Part shown: in pieces, positions 55,772 to 63,878 of the stretch
Layout: each line of letters begins with the position of its first letter
Position numbering within the stretch: the first letter of the stretch is position 1
The notes under the pieces: model-generated
Databases searched by the model: none
What the model was told of the DNA's origin: nothing
What the model saw: the letters and a program-made list of their open reading frames with translations, nothing else
Made by a program: the position numbers and the translations under genes
Origin: Escherichia phage EcS1
Reading direction: 5' to 3' (one strand)
DNA length: 64,000 bases
Sequence record: NC_055721.1

Positions 55772-56255
55772 GAGGGTCTGTCAAGAACAGAGTACCGTCT
55801 GGAGCTACAGCAACAACTGTATAACACTTACTATCTTTAAACAAAATATCAGAGGCCACTACAGGAGTGAATTCAGGTTCAGACACGCGTTTCATTTTAC
55901 AAGGCATCATAGCTTCGTTGAATGTAACTTTCTCATTGCCAATAGAGTCAACAGACATTTCGCCTAAGTTACTAGCATTCATTGAAGTACTATTAACCAT
56001 AGTGTATGTCTTACCCATAAGGTCAATAATAATCAAATGATTATCGTTAGATGAAAGATGTTGAGCATACATCACAGTTTTACTTGGTGTTTTATGAATC
56101 AAGCGGATAATATACTTAGTCCAATCAGAAATAGAATATCGTCCTCGATCAAGATAGATATTATCACCAACAGCGAACTCTACTAATTTAGTTTTTGATA
56201 CGTTTTTAGAATGACCAATCATTTTGTGTTCCTCAATGAGGGCCTTGCGGCCCAT
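55701..56255 (-). CDS. hypothetical protein
   Basis: 184-aa ORF. Confidence 0.4.
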   Translation of the reverse strand: MGRKALIEEHKMIGHSKNVSKTKLVEFAVGDNIYLDRGRYSISDWTKYIIRLIHKTPSKTVMYAQHLSSNDNHLIIIDLMGKTYTMVNSTSMNASNLGEMSVDSIGNEKVTFNEAMMPCKMKRVSEPEFTPVVASDILFKDSKCYTVVAVAPDGTLFLTDPRGKASMVNPRDNTAIAAFGLQNA

Positions 56256-56260
56256 TTTAA

Positions 56261-56749
56261 TTATTTAGATTTTTCTACATCAATGAATTCAAGGCTCGGG
56301 CAGTATTTAGACTTTTTAGCCTTAATAAAACTTACCAGCAAAGATGGTTCTTTTTCAGGCACGCCTGATTCAATACGTTCACGTCGTTTACGATAGCGAC
56401 GTTCTTCAAAATAATCTTTAATATATTCATAGACCCAATGGGTACCAAATGCAATACCTAAACCCACTGCGATTGTAGTAGCTAACATGATAGCGCCGAC
56501 AATAACACCTGGAACAATAGCACCAATTGTACCTAAATGAATGCCAATATAACTTGCCAGCCAAATAGCTATTTCATGACCTAAGAACCAAGCAAAGAAT
56601 CCAATAATCAAAGCTTTAAATGATGCAAAGCAAGTAAAGAACAAAGTTTTCCAGAAATAAGGACATAATGAAGTAGGAATACGCCATTCACTGTTATTAC
56701 AATAGAACATATTCAGTTTGTAGTGCCAAGAATTACGTTTAATTTGCAT
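56261..56749 (-). CDS. membrane protein
   Basis: 162 aa; several TM-like segments and a basic RYRKRRER patch. Confidence 0.4.
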   Translation of the reverse strand: MQIKRNSWHYKLNMFYCNNSEWRIPTSLCPYFWKTLFFTCFASFKALIIGFFAWFLGHEIAIWLASYIGIHLGTIGAIVPGVIVGAIMLATTIAVGLGIAFGTHWVYEYIKDYFEERRYRKRRERIESGVPEKEPSLLVSFIKAKKSKYCPSLEFIDVEKSK

Positions 56750-56966
56750 TTAATGCCTCTTTCATTGAAGGAATAACTGAAGTCAGATAACGAACCATTG
56801 CTTCTGCTTCTTGTTTAGTAAATGTAATCGTATCTCGGTCTTGACCAATTATAACGATATCAACGTTTTTAAATTTAGAACGGCTCAAATGAGTCGTTTC
56901 ATTTTTGAAAGGTCCTACATCCGATTTGATTACGGCTTTAGTTCCAATTCCAGTCCATAACAACAT
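56739..56966 (-). CDS. hypothetical protein
   Basis: 75-aa ORF. Confidence 0.35.
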   Translation of the reverse strand: MLLWTGIGTKAVIKSDVGPFKNETTHLSRSKFKNVDIVIIGQDRDTITFTKQEAEAMVRYLTSVIPSMKEALNAN

Positions 56967-56974
56967 AATACACC

Positions 56975-57238
56975 TTAGAGCAAGTTATATTCGGGATCAT
57001 TAGCTTTGATAGCTTCGAGAATGTTATTATAACCTTCAGAATCTTTACGCACAATAGTCATACAATATGGTAATGATTCAGTTTGTTTCACGAAACGTTC
57101 GAGATAATGAACATTAGGTTGGTTCATACCATACATCAATGAACCAGTAGCGCCTTCATATTGGCAAACTTCAACTAGCATTTTATTGTTATATTGGCGA
57201 GATAAAATAAAGTCGCCTACATGAATTTTAGTTGTCAT
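56975..57238 (-). CDS. hypothetical protein
   Basis: 87-aa ORF. Confidence 0.35.
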   Translation of the reverse strand: MTTKIHVGDFILSRQYNNKMLVEVCQYEGATGSLMYGMNQPNVHYLERFVKQTESLPYCMTIVRKDSEGYNNILEAIKANDPEYNLL

Positions 57239-57410
57239 TGAAAACCTCTTTAAGCATCAAATAGAGCTCTTTAGTTTGCTGCTCATCTAGAACAACAAGG
57301 TCTTTAACTTGTTCTAAGGTAATTTTAGGACCACGGTCCATTATGTTGTATTGGCTAACAGAACAAGTAAAATTAGCATCATATGATTTATTGAATATAA
57401 CTTTTTTCAT
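57228..57410 (-). CDS. hypothetical protein
   Basis: 60-aa ORF. Confidence 0.3.
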   Translation of the reverse strand: MKKVIFNKSYDANFTCSVSQYNIMDRGPKITLEQVKDLVVLDEQQTKELYLMLKEVFNDN

Positions 57411-57411
57411 A

Positions 57412-57705
57412 TTACCTCAATTGTGAGTCTTTTGACCCACGGCGGTTGTAGTAGCTTTTAACCATGTTATCAGCCTTGCTTTGACATTCAACACAAAGTA
57501 GACAACCACGAACAGCCTGACGACGAGCCAAAGGAATAGGTTCATCACAATCCTCACAGAATTCATTACTTTCACGTTTTGAAGCAATTTCTAATTCAAG
57601 GCGAGCCCAAGAAACTGCATCATCGATAACGGCTTCACGAGTAGCAAAACCTTCATCACTTGGACCCCATCCGTTCATTATAAGTTCTCCTGATTGAGAG
57701 GACAT
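57412..57705 (-). CDS. DksA/TraR-family C4 zinc-finger protein
   Basis: CEDCDEPIPLARRQAV.GCLLCVECQ; real start probably the second ATG (MNGWGP, about 57678), since the first ATG lies inside the promoter -10. Confidence 0.55.
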   Translation of the reverse strand: MSSQSGELIMNGWGPSDEGFATREAVIDDAVSWARLELEIASKRESNEFCEDCDEPIPLARRQAVRGCLLCVECQSKADNMVKSYYNRRGSKDSQLR

Positions 57706-57745
57706 CTTATAATGACCTCTCTGTGTTGTAAACTAGTCTTCGTAC
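57700..57745 (-). promoter_or_regulatory. T4-type early promoter (GTTTAC-18-TAAGAT) with inverted repeat
   Basis: gtaaac at 57728-57733, -10 at 57704-57709; inverted repeat GAGAGG/CCTCTC around the -10. Confidence 0.45.
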
Positions 57746-58200
57746 CAAAAATCAGACCAATCGTTCATTTCTTGTTGCTCAAAATGGTCTTGAGCAGTTA
57801 TACGTTCAGCATAAGCAGCATCATCAGGGTCACTGAACTTGTCATCACGAAGTTCCTGAAGGAACATCATAGCATCTTCTTTAGAAGGCATGACTCGGTT
57901 CAAGTTATGAGCAGAACGATGTTGATGAGCACCATCAAATACACCACAATCAGCAATTGATGTTTCGGTTTCATAAGAACGTTCTTCACCATCTGACATA
58001 TAAACACAGATAATCTTAACAAACATAGCAGTATATGGTGTTGAACTATGAGTACCTAAAGCAACTGGATAAGGCTTACTCAAGATAATGTATTTGCTGA
58101 TTTCAGATTCATCAACTTTAGTGTTAGTACGATTAACTCCGTACACATGATACATGATACGACCTGGGTAGAACTCGGAAACAGATTTGATACGTTTCAT
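57733..58200 (-). CDS. hypothetical protein
   Basis: Likely start ATG 58198-58200 (MKRIKSV); the caller's longer ORF runs through promoter and terminator. Confidence 0.4.
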   Translation of the reverse strand: MKRIKSVSEFYPGRIMYHVYGVNRTNTKVDESEISKYIILSKPYPVALGTHSSTPYTAMFVKIICVYMSDGEERSYETETSIADCGVFDGAHQHRSAHNLNRVMPSKEDAMMFLQELRDDKFSDPDDAAYAERITAQDHFEQQEMNDWSDFWYED

Positions 58201-58230
58201 TTTAATTTCCTCAGTTTGTTTCAGTAGGTC

Positions 58231-58260
58231 TATAGTATCACGTCCCTCGAGGATGTAAAC
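58231..58260 (-). promoter_or_regulatory. T4-type early promoter (GTTTAC-17-TACTAT)
   Basis: gtaaac at 58255-58260; CTCGAGG palindrome in the spacer. Confidence 0.4.
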
Positions 58261-58264
58261 ATCT

Positions 58265-58297
58265 AAACAAAAAGGCACTCCTCTTTTGAGAAGTGCC
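58265..58297 (-). terminator. rho-independent terminator
   Basis: A-run then ggcactcctc-tttt-gagaagtgcc hairpin downstream of ORF 58303-58683. Confidence 0.5.
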
Positions 58298-58302
58298 GAT
58301 AA

Positions 58303-58683
58303 TTATTCCAACGAAAGCAAATATTTCGTTTGGTAACATACGCCTACGATCTCATCGACCGTGTTCTGGATAGCGGATGGTAACGTTTTGTGAATAGTGT
58401 TGGATTCATTTACTATCATGTCCAACATCTTGATTGTGTCAGTCGGGAATGCAGGTTGAGGTGCAGGCACGAATTTTTTGCCACTGAATCCTAACCATTG
58501 TTCGCCAAACTTGTCGGTTAACTCTGGGATTTCACTAAAGAACTTATCATAAGCTTTATGTCTTGAATAGTTCTTAGTTTCGAAATGTGCTGAATGGAAG
58601 TATGATGCTGAAGCAAGCAAAAGACTAATATATGAATCAGCTGGTTCTACTTTCCCATCCTTTATGAACTCATTAAATTTCAT
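58303..58683 (-). CDS. hypothetical protein (rI.1 position)
   Basis: 126-aa ORF immediately downstream of rI. Confidence 0.4.
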   Translation of the reverse strand: MKFNEFIKDGKVEPADSYISLLLASASYFHSAHFETKNYSRHKAYDKFFSEIPELTDKFGEQWLGFSGKKFVPAPQPAFPTDTIKMLDMIVNESNTIHKTLPSAIQNTVDEIVGVCYQTKYLLSLE

Positions 58684-58963
58684 TTTCTAAAGGAACCTTC
58701 ATACGATTAGCGTATTCTTGACCTGCACTTTTCCCATCAATAGAACAGTTGTTATAGCACTCACCTTCTTGTTCTTGCCATTTAGCACTAATAAAAGCAA
58801 AGAACTTTTCGGACTGTTGTTTACTCGGTTCTTTGAACTTAGAATAAACTGTTAATGCTCCTTCAACGTATTGATTGAAACTAGCATCTTGTGCCGATGA
58901 AACTGATGGAGCCAAACAGGCTCCAATTAATATTGTTGTTGATAAAACACGAATAAGGCCCAT
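58673..58963 (-). CDS. rI: lysis inhibition regulator RI (periplasmic)
   Basis: 96 aa with N-terminal signal anchor; EKFFAFI...GQEYANRMKVPLENEI parallels my recollection of the T4 RI C-terminus. Confidence 0.6.
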   Translation of the reverse strand: MGLIRVLSTTILIGACLAPSVSSAQDASFNQYVEGALTVYSKFKEPSKQQSEKFFAFISAKWQEQEGECYNNCSIDGKSAGQEYANRMKVPLENEI

Positions 58964-58972
58964 AAGGACTCC

Positions 58973-59185
58973 TTATTTTTGCCCTGTATTTTTCTTATGC
59001 TGCAGAACAGCCTTAACCGTAACGAGGTATTTTTCTAGCAATCGACAGTGAATGTAATCAGCTTCGAATCCGTTATCTTTGAAATCTTGTTTAGAAGCAG
59101 CGATAGCCGTTCCTAGCTCACGACGGATTTCATCGAGAGATTCAGTGCGTAGATTACGAAGTTTCTTTTCGCTCAAATATTGCAT
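58973..59185 (-). CDS. hypothetical protein
   Basis: 70-aa ORF with late-promoter motif and AAGAGG upstream. Confidence 0.4.
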   Translation of the reverse strand: MQYLSEKKLRNLRTESLDEIRRELGTAIAASKQDFKDNGFEADYIHCRLLEKYLVTVKAVLQHKKNTGQK

Positions 59186-59212
59186 GTAGACCTCTTAGGT
59201 TAGTTACACAAG

Positions 59213-59220
59213 TATTTATA
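59213..59220 (-). promoter_or_regulatory. late promoter motif TATAAATA
   Basis: Plus-strand tatttata about 27 nt upstream of the ATG at 59185. Confidence 0.4.
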
Positions 59221-59231
59221 TTCTTTTACAG

Positions 59232-59576
59232 TTAGTCCCACATCATCTGGGCGACGCCTTTTTCGTACTTACGAGCAGCAATTTCGTCCCAGTTGTAGTC
59301 GGTACCATTTTTCAACGAACTTTTTATTTCCATTTTATGCATATTACGAGGAATAGGCATTGAATATTGAGACCAACGAAGAGTTTTCCAAAAGGAATCA
59401 CGATGGCGTTCTTTCTGAAGCTTCTCAGCTTGAGCAGGCATTTCTAAATTATCTTCAATGTAACGTTTAATGCAATAAGAATCTTTACGTACATGATAGA
59501 AGATATTTGTGTTCTGGTCATTCCACTTTGAAGATGTAGTGCAATGCCAGCCTTTACGACGGATAGTTCTTGACAT
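59232..59576 (-). CDS. hypothetical protein
   Basis: 114-aa ORF; AGAGG Shine-Dalgarno. Confidence 0.4.
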   Translation of the reverse strand: MSRTIRRKGWHCTTSSKWNDQNTNIFYHVRKDSYCIKRYIEDNLEMPAQAEKLQKERHRDSFWKTLRWSQYSMPIPRNMHKMEIKSSLKNGTDYNWDEIAARKYEKGVAQMMWD

Positions 59577-59634
59577 ATTAACCTCTGAGTTTACATTAAA
59601 GTAGCTCAGTGGTAATAGAATCCTGATTTAAACA

Positions 59635-59757
59635 TTAGCTGTTCCTTACGATTTCTACAACTATCATAATCATTGCTAGAAAACCCATAGCAGCATAATC
59701 ACTTGTACCAAGTGCAATAAGCGATAGGATAAGCATAGCAATGGAATAGATAATCAT
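59635..59757 (-). CDS. small hydrophobic peptide (40 aa)
   Basis: Unlisted ORF MIIYSIAMLILSLIALGTSDYAAMGFLAMIMIVVEIVRNS with AGAGG upstream. Confidence 0.3.
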   Translation of the reverse strand: MIIYSIAMLILSLIALGTSDYAAMGFLAMIMIVVEIVRNS

Positions 59758-59758
59758 A

Positions 59759-59929
59759 TTAACCTCTGTCAATTATTTCATAGATTTCATTTAGCGAATC
59801 ATTACCGTCTCGAGCTATAATAAGTTCTTCAAGACTGATTTCTTTTTCACCACAACCTAACTGTACAAAATGTTCTTTTAAGAGAGAACGTAAAGCTTCT
59901 AGAGCTTCTTGTTTAGTTTGTACTGTCAT
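59759..59929 (-). CDS. small hypothetical protein (56 aa)
   Basis: Unlisted ORF MTVQTKQEALEALRSLLKEHF...; stop abuts the next ATG (TAATATG); start overlaps the tk 3' end. Confidence 0.3.
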   Translation of the reverse strand: MTVQTKQEALEALRSLLKEHFVQLGCGEKEISLEELIIARDGNDSLNEIYEIIDRG

Positions 59930-60506
59930 ACATACCTACTTTATCACACCAATGTTTTCTGCACAATGAAACATACTTATCATTACCACCCATTACTACT
60001 TGGGCTCCATCAATAACAGCATTACCTTCTTCATCGAGACGAGCTACCATTGTTGCTTTACGTCCGCAATGACAGACACCTTTAAGTTCTACTAACTTAT
60101 CGGCTACGGCTAACAATGCTTTAGAACCTTCGAACAGATCGCCACGGAAGTCAGTTCTGAGCCCGTAAGCCATCACAGGGACATCATATAAATCAACAAT
60201 ACGACACAGTTGGAACACCTGTTCAGCCATTAAGAACTGTGCTTCATCAATCAGAACACAATGAATATCTCGTTGAGCTTGAGCCCATTTAAAGAATTCA
60301 AGGATGTCCATATCACGTGTGATAATGTTAGCTTCTTGACGAAGACCAATGCGAGAAACAACTTCAGAGGCCGAATCACGATCATCTAAAGCAGGTTTCA
60401 TTACTAGCGTACCCATACCACGTTCTTTGTAGTTATGAGCTACCGAAAGAAGCGCAGTACTTTTACCAGCGTTCATTGATGCAAAATTAAAATAAAGTTG
60501 AGCCAT
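59913..60506 (-). CDS. tk: thymidine kinase
   Basis: 197 aa; P-loop SMNAGKST, Walker B VLIDEAQF, C-terminal zinc-binding Cys pairs; as T4 Tk. Confidence 0.9.
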   Translation of the reverse strand: MAQLYFNFASMNAGKSTALLSVAHNYKERGMGTLVMKPALDDRDSASEVVSRIGLRQEANIITRDMDILEFFKWAQAQRDIHCVLIDEAQFLMAEQVFQLCRIVDLYDVPVMAYGLRTDFRGDLFEGSKALLAVADKLVELKGVCHCGRKATMVARLDEEGNAVIDGAQVVMGGNDKYVSLCRKHWCDKVGMYDSTN

Positions 60507-60718
60507 TATTTAGGTTCCTTTGATTCAATCCATTCAGGGGTAGTTTGAAAGAACCCTTCACCAGCATGGTTTTTGCAGGTCTTATTGGAACAATACAACC
60601 ACCAGTCCCATTCGCTATAAGGTAGTTGATTAAACATACCGTCATTACATAAAGTGAATACAATAGGCCAATGACAATCTTTACAACGACATTTATCTTT
60701 TGTATGAGCTTGTGGCAT
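60506..60718 (-). CDS. Cys-rich small protein
   Basis: 70 aa; CRCKDC...C...C..C. Confidence 0.4.
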   Translation of the reverse strand: MPQAHTKDKCRCKDCHWPIVFTLCNDGMFNQLPYSEWDWWLYCSNKTCKNHAGEGFFQTTPEWIESKEPK

Positions 60719-60918
60719 TATAGTTTACCTACTTCACATCCAGCTGGAGGAGTCCAAAAATTCTCTTGGACAAAGTCAATTAAAGCCTGACGTTGAAAAT
60801 CAGCTTCAGTTTCGCGAGTTCGCCATTCCATATCTGAAATTTCTGAATCGCAATTAGCTTCTTCTGCTGCACGAGCTGCATCTTCGAAACGCTTTAATAC
60901 TGCAAAGAATTCTTTCAT
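60718..60918 (-). CDS. hypothetical protein
   Basis: 66-aa ORF. Confidence 0.35.
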   Translation of the reverse strand: MKEFFAVLKRFEDAARAAEEANCDSEISDMEWRTRETEADFQRQALIDFVQENFWTPPAGCEVGKL

Positions 60919-61093
60919 TCTGATATACTCTCAAGAAATTGGTTTAATGCGAATTGAGCATTATTTTTGTATTCAAGGGCTTTATCATACCCATCCATAT
61001 CACCTTGTGAAGACTCATAACAAAGGTCTCCTTCGGCTTCTACAACATCAGCGACTAAATCAAGAATAACTCGAACATGTTCTTTAGTAATCA

Positions 61094-61291
61094 TTATACA
61101 CCTATTACGTCAAGAAGCTCTTTATACACAGAAGCTAATTCATCAGCGGATTCTTTAACTAATTGACTAGGCCCTTCCATTGATTGATACTGATGGTCTT
61201 TAGCTGCATCAATTAGTCGATCAATAACTTCACAAATCATAGCATGTTCTTCATCAGATCGTGTGCTCATATCCATTGGACCCTTAAACAA
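61094..61291 (-). CDS. hypothetical protein
   Basis: 65-aa ORF (TTG start per caller). Confidence 0.3.
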   Translation of the reverse strand: MFKGPMDMSTRSDEEHAMICEVIDRLIDAAKDHQYQSMEGPSQLVKESADELASVYKELLDVIGV

Positions 61292-61506
61292 AATTCTTCA
61301 ATATGTTGTGTTCGTTTCTTTTTATCAATATAATTATATTCGATAAAAGTGCCAAGATATTCTTTTTCTTGAACTTTAGAAATAATAGGACAACGAGTTT
61401 TGCGGACTTCTTGCCATTGTCTAATTATTGTTGCTTTATTTTTTGGATCAAATGGGTGTGGATAGTGTATTTTCATTAGGAGCCCAATCAACAATAACCA
61501 CGTCAA
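61267..61506 (-). CDS. hypothetical protein
   Basis: 79-aa ORF. Confidence 0.35.
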   Translation of the reverse strand: MTWLLLIGLLMKIHYPHPFDPKNKATIIRQWQEVRKTRCPIISKVQEKEYLGTFIEYNYIDKKKRTQHIEEFCLRVQWI

Positions 61507-61939
61507 TATTAGGTGTGAACATATTGATTAATGCTTCAACTTTAGTCCAATCACCACCTGCAATACCACATCCAATACGAGGCATATAGATTTGAGGAAT
61601 ACAAATCTGATTCTCGGCCCATTTGTTCAATTCTATCAAAGAATCTACTAATGCACCATAGCGTAAATCAGGCCCAGCATAATATTGAGTATAAAGATTA
61701 AAGCAAATATTTTCTTGCTTATTGAAGCGAGTGCTTAATACGGCTTTAGTAAAGGTACCAAGTTTTCGGATATCAGCAAAATCTGTATCTTTGTCAATAG
61801 CTTCAATAGGATAATAAGCTTTAGCTAATTGACCCGCTATGCCACCACCCATTGTATGGAAACAGTTACAGCCATGAGCGATATTTTTACCTGAAAGAAA
61901 CAAGGCGACGATGTCGCCTTTAATATATTTTGTAATCAT
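61448..61939 (-). CDS. macro-domain protein (ADP-ribose binding/hydrolase-like)
   Basis: 163 aa; HGCNCFHTMGGGIAGQ and RIGCGIAGG resemble the macro-domain glycine-rich motifs. Confidence 0.5.
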   Translation of the reverse strand: MITKYIKGDIVALFLSGKNIAHGCNCFHTMGGGIAGQLAKAYYPIEAIDKDTDFADIRKLGTFTKAVLSTRFNKQENICFNLYTQYYAGPDLRYGALVDSLIELNKWAENQICIPQIYMPRIGCGIAGGDWTKVEALINMFTPNIDVVIVDWAPNENTLSTPI

Positions 61940-62289
61940 CTTTTACTCAATCCACGGTTATAAGAATCAACTAATCTATCTACCATTGAAGCACACATAT
62001 CTTTATAATGTGCTTGTGCTGGTATACATTCTAGCGTCATCAATCGACCTTCATATCGACGAATTAGCGTATCGTTTTTAAAACGAGACTTACTATCCCT
62101 TTCGCCATCTTTATATGAAGACATCATTTGTAAAGAAAAACCATTGATGCAGTCGATATTAGTAGGAGAACAGTAATCCTTCGCTGTTCGCGTAACATAT
62201 TCTAATACCTCAGTCGGTTCAGTCGACTGTTCTGCATGGACTCCCAGACCCACGGTTAACCCAAGGATTAGAACTGTTTGTTTTAGCAT
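61936..62289 (-). CDS. secreted/periplasmic protein
   Basis: 117 aa; MLKQTVLILGLTVGLGVHA signal peptide; four Cys in mature part. Confidence 0.45.
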   Translation of the reverse strand: MLKQTVLILGLTVGLGVHAEQSTEPTEVLEYVTRTAKDYCSPTNIDCINGFSLQMMSSYKDGERDSKSRFKNDTLIRRYEGRLMTLECIPAQAHYKDMCASMVDRLVDSYNRGLSKR

Positions 62290-62927
62290 TATTCCACCGT
62301 TTGATGTAACATCTTATTTGATTTAAGATAGTTCGCTTTAGATAGAACATCAGAAGCATATTTGTTTCCGGCCTTTACTGCCCAACCTGCATTATAACTA
62401 GACAGAGCCTTACGCATATCACCTTTATGAATTTCAAGCCAATAGCTTAATTCAATATATGCCCATGCTGCAGAATTTTCTCTACTCTTGACCATTCGAA
62501 TAATTTCACGGTCAGACATGTTGTAGCCTAATTGCTTAGTACGACTACGTAACGTTGGAAGATAATTCTGAAACATTCCATACGCATGATGTTCTTTCGA
62601 CTTTTTTGTAAGAACTCCAGCAGAAGATTCTTGCCAAGCCAAACCGGCCATAATATACCCAAGGCCATTATTATTGTATCGAGCGTTGTGCTCTTTGAAC
62701 TTACCCGACTTCTGATATTGTTCACCAAAAGCATACGCGAATTGTAAATTATCGAGTTGTTCATTACTGAAGTTAGGCGTAGACCCATGGGCCATAGAAC
62801 TAATAGCCAATAGAACTACTGCTATTGCTTTTTTCATGATTTCTCTCTTATAGGTCAATAACTTTTGTGCTAATTTTTCCTTCAAGACGTTTGTTGTTGA
62901 TGAATGCCATACGACATGTGAGCCCAT
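62289..62927 (-). CDS. lytic transglycosylase (SLT domain) with signal peptide
   Basis: Likely start MKKAIAVVLLAISSMAHG; SLT motifs AGLAWQESS, YGMFQ, SYNAG. Confidence 0.6.
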   Translation of the reverse strand: MGSHVVWHSSTTNVLKEKLAQKLLTYKREIMKKAIAVVLLAISSMAHGSTPNFSNEQLDNLQFAYAFGEQYQKSGKFKEHNARYNNNGLGYIMAGLAWQESSAGVLTKKSKEHHAYGMFQNYLPTLRSRTKQLGYNMSDREIIRMVKSRENSAAWAYIELSYWLEIHKGDMRKALSSYNAGWAVKAGNKYASDVLSKANYLKSNKMLHQTVE

Positions 62928-63306
62928 AAGAGCTAGCCGTTTGACCTTTGTCTACTGTCATACCAAGCCACAAGTTGCGGTCAGTAATTTCGAGACGGAG
63001 TGGACGATATTCTACACCAGGAAGAATATGATCTTCAATATCAGGCAATGGTTTCAGACGTAGATATTCTACGACATCAACCACTTTTCTGTGAAGTTTA
63101 TGGAACAAGTTGAACACATAAGTTTCGTCGATTTCACGTTGGATAGCACGGTCCAATAGATGAGGTGAATACTTAAGGTGAAAAACTTCTTTTATACCAT
63201 ATTCTTTACAGGCCTTTTTAAGTTCAGCATTGATTGAGTTAAACTCCGTTTCAAAGATACGACGGAGTTTGTTACGACGGATATAAACACTAGAATCAAT
63301 AGACAT
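62848..63306 (-). CDS. regB: endoribonuclease RegB
   Basis: 152 aa; VYIRRNKLRR.FE.EF..IN.E...A.K..G...FHLKYS.HLLDRAIQREIDETYVF.LFHK matches my recollection of T4 RegB. Confidence 0.9.
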   Translation of the reverse strand: MSIDSSVYIRRNKLRRIFETEFNSINAELKKACKEYGIKEVFHLKYSPHLLDRAIQREIDETYVFNLFHKLHRKVVDVVEYLRLKPLPDIEDHILPGVEYRPLRLEITDRNLWLGMTVDKGQTASSYGLTCRMAFINNKRLEGKISTKVIDL

Positions 63307-63333
63307 TTTCTTCTCCTTTGTTTGTGTAAGGTC

Positions 63334-63362
63334 ATCTTAACACATCCTTAGGAGAAGTAAAC
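63334..63362 (-). promoter_or_regulatory. T4-type early promoter for regB (GTTTAC-17-TAAGAT)
   Basis: gtaaac at 63357-63362, -10 at 63334-63339, about 28 nt upstream of the regB ATG. Confidence 0.45.
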
Positions 63363-63679
63363 TAGTAAGATTCTACTGGTTGGAATACTGCACGACAGGC
63401 CCACATGCTTGCTTCTTTCAGACGTTCTTTAGCAGTAGAAACTTGGTGCACACGGTCCATAAGATCATCTAAGACCTTAACATCTTCATTATATGCTTTA
63501 GAGTATTGATCAGAGAGTTCAGTTTCAATTTCAGTAAACAATGCACCTAACTCAACTTCAAGAGATTTGATACGATTTACAGTTTCGATCTTTTTATTGG
63601 TATGAGGCTTATAGCCTTTGATGTCTTCAATCATAATGAATTTCCTCATTAGTTTCTTTATCATATTCAACAAGTTCAA
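63362..63679 (-). CDS. hypothetical protein
   Basis: 105-aa ORF, helical/charged. Confidence 0.4.
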   Translation of the reverse strand: MNLLNMIKKLMRKFIMIEDIKGYKPHTNKKIETVNRIKSLEVELGALFTEIETELSDQYSKAYNEDVKVLDDLMDRVHQVSTAKERLKEASMWACRAVFQPVESY

Positions 63680-63878
63680 TAGGTTCTAAGTGACCATAAC
63701 CTCTGGTACCGAGATAACTATTGCTATCTTCATATGTCATGGTTTTAGGATTCCAGCCTGAATCAGCCCAAGCTTCCATTAAACCTTGTTCACCTGAATT
63801 ACTGAACCAGCTACAGAATTCAGCTATTGCTTTTTCACTACCCTTTATAATAACTTGCGCCATGTAGGCTCCATACAA
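63627..63878 (-). CDS. hypothetical protein
   Basis: 83-aa ORF; likely start MAQVIIKG. Confidence 0.35.
   Translation of the reverse strand: MYGAYMAQVIIKGSEKAIAEFCSWFSNSGEQGLMEAWADSGWNPKTMTYEDSNSYLGTRGYGHLEPIELVEYDKETNEEIHYD

Noticed and set aside
56231-56260. GC hairpin gggcc-ttgc-ggccc followed by T-rich run (plus-strand terminator look-alike)
   Set aside because: No plus-strand gene to terminate and no A-run on the side that would matter for minus-strand transcripts; lies at a gene junction and may be coding.
59601-59640. tRNA-like D-arm sequence gtagctcagtggtaata
   Set aside because: No complementary D-stem, anticodon arm or T-psi-C loop can be formed; likely chance similarity or a decayed fragment.
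966-62788. Minus-strand ORFs nested in alternative frames of larger genes (e.g. 966-1214 in rIIA, 16169-16408 in 41, 20717-20911 in 42, 23424-23612, 26946-27137 and 27183-27446 in 43, 31096-31278 in 45, 32814-33008 and 33273-33545 in 46, 34285-34518 in 47, 48167-48400, 50192-50413, 62528-62788)
   Set aside because: Fully contained in another frame of a recognisable gene; compositionally odd translations; no independent initiation signals.
3388-63878. Plus-strand ORFs in the six-frame track (e.g. 3388-3618, 3888-4151, 16230-16547, 18279-18653, 43920-44204, 55069-55362)
   Set aside because: Each lies antisense inside a well-supported minus-strand gene, has no Shine-Dalgarno/start context, and would break the uniform minus-strand operon organisation.
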